Assembly: GCA_964016885.1 (NCBI GenBank)
Contig: OZ024742.1
Span: forward strand, 280,798,001 to 280,862,000
Origin: Eledone cirrhosa
Taxonomy: Eukaryota
Direction: 5' to 3'
Length of the DNA stretch: 64,000 nucleotides
Below the pieces are notes generated by a model. It was given only the letters and a program-made list of their open reading frames with translations. It did no database searches and had not been told where the DNA came from. Position numbers and translations under genes: made by a program. Positions 57,321 to 64,000 of this stretch are shown here, piece after piece (position 1 is the stretch's first letter; every line of letters begins with the position of its first letter).

Positions 57321-58025
57321 TTTTGCACCCCTTCAGCATAAGACAATAAAAGGAGTGATGTTGTGTAGAGGAGATTCGCCAAACCTACCAACCTTTTACG
57401 GTTTGTATTATTAATTCAAGATTTGCCTAATTCCTGGTTAGATTAACCGTACAAGTCACATATTTATAATGATAACAAATGAGATAATAGATTGTACAAT
57501 GTTGATGCTGTTATTAGAAAAGCAATGACCTGTTAATAACATATTAACGCAAAGGGAAATAGCGTTAAATTGGAAATAAAATTGGATCGGAGAGGCAGAA
57601 ATTTGGAAAGGCTGATGTATTCATAAGCGTTCAACACTGATTTTCATAATAATGTTTTCTTAGATTAACGTAAGCTCTGTGATTTATGGAAACAGGTAGA
57701 TTAGAGGGTTCGACGTTCTTTATGCTTTTCCTATAGTGTTAAGCAAGTAAAATCGTAATGAACTGTATTAACATTACACAAAGTATTAACAGTACACAAA
57801 GTTCCTATAGTATTATTTCATTTTCAACACCCATAATCTAATCAAAATATTTGGTGACTTAACAGAGGTCGTAGCGGTCGTACAGTCTTACCATATTAGA
57901 AACATTCTAGTGAGAATACAGCACTCTACACTACTCCAGGAATAGAATATATTTTCTGTCATGCGTGTATGTACCAACAGACATTCGGTGCACAAACATA
58001 CATACACTGACACATGTAGAGAGTT

Positions 58026-58169
<144 letters not shown>

Positions 58170-58208
58170 ATATTAAATAGATGGAAACTATATTTGTGAA
58201 ACCATATT

Positions 58209-58267
58209 TATTCTATTATATATTTCAAGAGTACCACAATTTTGGTACGCTATCATCAGATAAAATA
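58209..58267 (-). ncRNA. Type I hammerhead (family F)
   Basis: TATTTTAT-CTGATGA-tagcGTACCA..TGGTACtctt-GAAA-TATA-TA-ATAGAATA. Confidence 0.75.
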
Positions 58268-58405
58268 CGAAGTGTGTTTTATAAATTTTGACATAACCAA
58301 GGAGAATATACCTTAACGGTTCAAGTTATCCTTGGATAGTACCTTAACTTGAACCGTTAAGGTATATTGTCCTTGCTTATGTCAAAATTTATAAAACACA
58401 CTTCG

Positions 58406-58466
58406 TATTTTATCTGATGATAGCGTACCAAAATTTTGGTACCCTTGAAATATATATAATAGAATA
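58406..58466 (+). ncRNA. Type I hammerhead (family F)
   Basis: TATTTTAT-CTGATGA-tagcGTACCAA..TTGGTACcctt-GAAA-TATATA-TA-ATAGAATA. Confidence 0.78.
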
Positions 58467-58602
58467 AATATGGTTTTATGAATATAGTTTCTGTTTATTT
58501 AATATCATTGTATATTATACTCCAGAATTACTGTAGAGTGCTCTGAATCAGTTATAAATATTTATATTTGTTGAATTACAAATAAATTGAATATCCCTTC
58601 TG

Positions 58603-58648
<46 letters not shown>

Positions 58649-58679
58649 AATATATATATATATATAGAGAGAGATAATT

Positions 58680-59235
58680 TAATATATCTACTAACATAAG
58701 CGCACAGATGTACGCTAATGCCAGCAAATACACAGGTTATGTCATAGTACCTAGGTGGTTCAATGCAGGAGGATGAAGAACAATAATATAAAAGACGTAA
58801 AATAAGAAAATATTTAAAAAAAACTTTTTAAAAATTAACTTACTTACTTAAATTTTCACTCCAACTAATTAGTTTCTGCAATGGGATAAAGACAGTTACG
58901 TAATGAACTGTTGAGAATTTCATTGCGTCATCAGGGAGGTCTATTCTCAGCCAAGTCTACAGGCAATGCGCGGACACCGGGGACTCATATAAAAATAATA
59001 ATAATTCGGTAAATGGAACAGCTATCGAGGACTGGATTCCTGGTACTGAAAATTCTCACTGCTACTGGTCATATGGCCGATTCTAAAGAATCAATCACGT
59101 GACACAGAGGCTAGTCAGCAACAGTTCATTACGTAACTGTCTTTATCCCATTGCAGAAACTAATTAGTTGGAGTGAAAATTTAAGTAAGTAAGTTAATTT
59201 TTAAAAAATATTTTTTTAAATTTTCTTATTTTACG

Positions 59236-59243
<8 letters not shown>
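58680..59243. repeat. TA-flanked inverted repeat (~127 bp arms, ~200 bp spacer, ~105 nt tail)
   Basis: 58786-58913 mirrors 59118-59243. Confidence 0.9.
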
Positions 59244-59309
<66 letters not shown>

Positions 59310-59477
59310 GTGAGTGTGAGTGTGGCTGTTTGAGAAATGTCTACGTGAAAAACAACATCGGAGGACAATACAGTATGAGGATGATATTTTATTAGTTTGA
59401 AGCATGCTACATTAAAAATAGGAAAATAGCCATGTAAATATATATACATACACATATGTACATATATATATATATAT

Positions 59478-59760
59478 ATATTGTTATACTTTGGGAGGGT
59501 CATGTTGCCAATAAGAAACACACGCACCAGATGCTTTCACTTCAATTTATTATATATCTATAAATTTATAAATTTACAAATCTACAAACTTATAAATTAT
59601 AAATTTCTGGTTGGTTGGTTGGTTCCACAACCAGATAGTTGTTTATATATATAGTTCGTGTGTTTCTTATTGGCAACATGACCCTCCCAAAGTATAACAA
59701 TATCGGTTTCAACACACGATTTCAGATAAAGATTCTTGCTAAACAAATTCAGAAACGAAA
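59478..59760. mobile_element. Small fold-back with terminus related to the 20250-23423 PLE
   Basis: Arms 59478-59524 and 59657-59703 (ATGACCCTCCCAAAGTATAACAATAT); tail GTTTCAACACACGATTTCA resembles the reverse complement of 20250-20311. Confidence 0.8.
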
Positions 59761-59972
59761 TATATATATATATATATATTTCCATTTCCAACCCGCCCAT
59801 CCCCTCAATCTATCAATCTATTTTATTTCTCATTCTTTCCACTGATGAAGGACAAGCGTCCGAATGAAACGTTGAGACCCTCTTCCTGCTATATCAAGCG
59901 TTAACCTAATATATACCTTCCATTTACTGTTGTACCGACTGGGTTATTTGTGTTTACCTTTATATATATATA

Positions 59973-60300
<328 letters not shown>

Positions 60301-60301
60301 A

Positions 60302-60389
<88 letters not shown>

Positions 60390-60409
60390 CGACATATATA
60401 TATATATGT

Positions 60410-60552
60410 AATTGTTTCTACTTTAGGCACATGGCCAGCAATTAGCCTGTGCATTACTGGTACTTTATTTTATCGACCCCGTAAGGATAAAAGGCAAAGT
60501 TAACCCTGGCGCAATTTGAAATCAGAATGGCATGGGCCGTAACTCTATGCGT
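60410..60552 (-). mobile_element. SINE copy
   Basis: Reverse complement of the 2005-2590 unit. Confidence 0.88.
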
Positions 60553-60614
60553 CAAAGCATATATAGGTACACATACATGTGAATATATACATATACATGC
60601 ATATATACACATAT

Positions 60615-61226
60615 ATCTTTCACAAGTATGTGAGATTGTGTGTTGCCAGCCTTAAGAGGGACAAAATAATCGGAATAATTATATTTACTCTTTATCAGAT
60701 CTATGTAATACATTATAAAGAAAGAAGAAACATGAGAGATAAAAAATAAATACCTATTTTTTTCTTCTAATTCTCGACTGTACAGTTTCGTGGCTACTTT
60801 GCAAAAATCATATATCAGGAGATGCAGCATTCTTGTGAGGTTTGCCAACTTATCAAGAGAATTCCTCATTTAAAGTTTCAAAGCAGGTCTGCATCGCACG
60901 AGAGAATCCCTGGAAGGCGGGGGTGGGCTTATCACGTGATACAGCTGTCAAGAAACGGAGCTAAATCACACGTAGCAATGGAAAATGCCACGAATCGCGG
61001 AGGGGGCACTAATACTATGCTTAGGCTATAGACGGAGTGGTAAGGAAGGCTAGAAGTGTAAAAAGTGTTAGCTTGAAAGCACTCCCTATACTTCTGTGGT
61101 TACTCTACCTGCATCTCTATGATATAGGATTTTTGCAAAGTAGCCACGAAACTGTACCGTCGAGAATTGGATGAAAAAATAGGTATTTATTTATTTATCT
61201 CTAATGTTTCTTCTTTCTTTATATTG

Positions 61227-61230
<4 letters not shown>
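60615..61230. mobile_element. Fold-back (~120 bp arms, ~280 bp spacer, tail) with decayed hammerheads
   Basis: 60706-60827 mirrors 61109-61230; TCTC-CTGATAT..GCCAC-GAAA-CTGTACAG-TC-GAGA. Confidence 0.8.
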
Positions 61231-61255
<25 letters not shown>

Positions 61256-61260
<5 letters not shown>

Positions 61261-61521
61261 CTGCCATGTCCTGCGTCTCCAACAGACCAGTATCTGTCCT
61301 TAGGGCATCAACATACGTTAACCTTCGTCTTCCTCTTCTAGTGTGTCCATGTAGGGGCTCCCACAGGAGCACTGAGTGCAATGTCAACTCTGGATGTCGG
61401 TGACCATGTCCAGCTATCCTCAGTCTCCTCTGTGTCACTTTTGAGGACATGGCAGCGATAATGAGGGACAGAGACCGCTGGAGAGAACTCGTCCATGGAT
61501 CTCGGGAATTTTACCCCCCTC
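61256..61521. mobile_element. RTE-like LINE 3' end with inverted 5' part, inside (TA)n
   Basis: Minus 61256-61444: [35 protein letters not shown]; plus 61445-61521 continues [16 protein letters not shown]. Confidence 0.85.
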
Positions 61522-61524
61522 ATA

Positions 61525-61633
<109 letters not shown>

Positions 61634-62699
61634 GTATATATGTATCTCGCTGTCAAAACGGCCGGAGCTCATCCGTCGGGATCCTGAACCTTTATATATA
61701 TAAATACATAATATTCTACATACATGAAATGTCTTGGCTTCGTCTGATATCCATTTACTGAAATTAGAGAGTTTAGCTTTCAACAATTCACCACTGATCA
61801 AATCTGCCCTGCTCTGTTAAAGCTTCTCAAGTTGCCATGTTAGAAAGAAAGTACCTGAAGAATTCAGTTTCAAATATATTTAGTTTCATATATTTCCCTG
61901 GGAATTAGAATGAAAATGGTAAAAAAGACTTCATGAAAGGAATAAACTGAAAAATGAATTTAGCTGAAGAAAAAGATTTGGAATATATTGTTTTCTTAAA
62001 TTTTATGTTATTACATATTATTGTATGCTTTTGTTTTCGTAATTTCAGTGTAATTATGCTACCGTCTTACACACACACTCACATATATGGCCACTCCACA
62101 CGCCAGTTCAGTGTCTTCAGGCTTACATATTATGCCGGACCCTCTCACTCGCGCTTGCCAAGTGTACAGGAACTTATATTTTCTTTACAATCATCTCATC
62201 TCACTAGTCTTATTTCTCCAACCACCTTCCTATAATCCACTCTGCCATATACTCTGTAACATTCTAAACTCATTAAAACATACATACACACATACACACT
62301 AATCACAGTTAGATACTTGATACGTACACAATATACACTTCAACATACATAGACATATTAAAATTTAATCATACACTCAAACCTCCATATCCACACACCT
62401 CAAGGACATACTCAAACACTGACAGATACTTTACACACACAAATAAACTTCAACGTACATATAGAGTACACACATTCAAACTTACATTTACTCACATATA
62501 GAAATTCACAACCACATACCACATGGATATATGCATACCCACACAGAAATATTGTTACTTTACATAATAAACCTTTAAAAAACATACTATTAAACACACA
62601 CATACACTCACACATAATATCGACACTATTGCACACACATTTCACTTTGCGTTCCAAAATTATAACCAAGACTACCTAACGCTTTCTATTGTCTATCTT

Positions 62700-62870
62700 C
62701 AGACACCATACTCAGCAGCATAGAGTTATGGCCCTTTATGTTCTGAGTCCAAATCCCTCCGAATTTAACTTTGCCATTCATCTTTACGGGGTCGGTAAAA
62801 TAAAGCGATCGGTAATGCACTGTGGTGATTGCTAGCCTTGTGCCAAAAGAAGAAACAATTATCATTATTA
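62700..62870 (+). mobile_element. SINE copy
   Basis: GACACCATACT..CTGAGTCCAAATCCC..ACTTTGCCATTCATCTTTACGGGGTCGGTAAAATAAAG..(ATT)n. Confidence 0.87.
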
Positions 62871-63750
62871 TTTTTTTTTTTTACTGTGGACTACCTTTTA
62901 TTCTTCTATATCTATCCTTTGTGATTCTCTCTCTATTTTTCTATACAGAAGGCCCGACACGCCGAACTTCTTTTCCCTTTTCCATATAAAGCATGAAACT
63001 AATAAGGCTTTTGTATCTTTGTTTCGTCGTTTCCTTCAACTATATACATATATGTGTGTGATGCCCGGAATAAATCGGGGATAAATACGGTTAGTAAAGT
63101 ACTCAATACATTAGTAGAAGCCATTATTTATTAAACTTGATATGTAAGTGTGTTTGACGGAGAGTAGCTGATGGCCAGTGTGGCAGCAAATATTGACCAG
63201 AATTTATGATGACGTAGAAAAACAACAGCTAATAGTAAGACAAGCGTGGAAGATGTTTTTTAAGGTGGTTTTTGAAGCTAACACCCCAGTGATAAAATTT
63301 GCTCCGAAATTTGCATGTGTCCGAAGAATCCGCAAATCTAGAATCAGACAGATCCATACAATGATCGTGTCTCGAGCTATCTGCCGGCGAAACAATTGTA
63401 ACACACAATAAACTGTGTCTAGATGCATCACTGATTTTTCGTTTTATATTATATATATATATATATTTATATACAGAGAATGTGAGGAACTCATACACTA
63501 TACATAGTAGCTTAGAAAATCGGATAAAATATCCTTATGTACGATAAACTTGGCAACCTTGTCCATTCATAGAGGTATTTTACCGGATTTACTAAACTAT
63601 TATTTACAACAATCGACTGCATTAACAGTTGTTTCTGCGTTTGAATTTCTGATATATTCTATGAACTACTTAATTCCTCAACAATTCGAAAGTCTTTATG
63701 TTATAGGTATATTTACATATTCATTCATACACAGGCACACAAGTATATAA

Positions 63751-63815
<65 letters not shown>

Positions 63816-64000
63816 ATATAACTGTGTGTATTTGTATATATGTTGAAAGCTTTGCTGCATGCAAATGTGCACCGGCTGACAGTGCAGCTGATCATAATTC
63901 AGTTTGACGACTCTTTAATTTCGTTGGATGGCATTTAGGATATTAAGATTATAATCTTAAAGTCTTGCCAGAGCATGGAGTGTACACACACGCATATACA

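Noticed and set aside
58910-58940. Hammerhead on the minus strand (CTGATGAcgcaatGAAA)
   Set aside because: No stem II or stem I can form; it sits at an inversion junction.

Overview
This is AT-rich, microsatellite-dense animal DNA. The SINE families and the (TA)n/(CA)n load suggest an octopod cephalopod (inference). No host protein-coding exon, rRNA, true tRNA or CRISPR array was recognised, so the window reads as intronic or intergenic transposon debris. Penelope-like retroelements (PLEs; RT plus C-terminal GIY-YIG endonuclease) of at least three types dominate, all decayed and nearly all bounded by (TA)n. Also present are RTE and R4/Dong-type LINE remnants, tRNA-derived SINEs, three hAT MITEs and a mariner remnant. 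Two unannotated patterns stand out. First, about 12 type I hammerhead ribozyme folds with an intact core (about 6 sequence families) and about 8 decayed ones, all read by eye. Second, about 15 insertions from unrelated families share one architecture: (TA)n - inverted arm - spacer - arm - unique 40-105 nt tail - (TA)n. They range from 3 kb coding PLEs to roughly 200 bp non-coding hairpins, suggesting a family of PLE-mobilised, ribozyme-carrying fold-back elements that target (TA)n. Coordinates were counted by hand, and boundaries of decayed elements are approximate.
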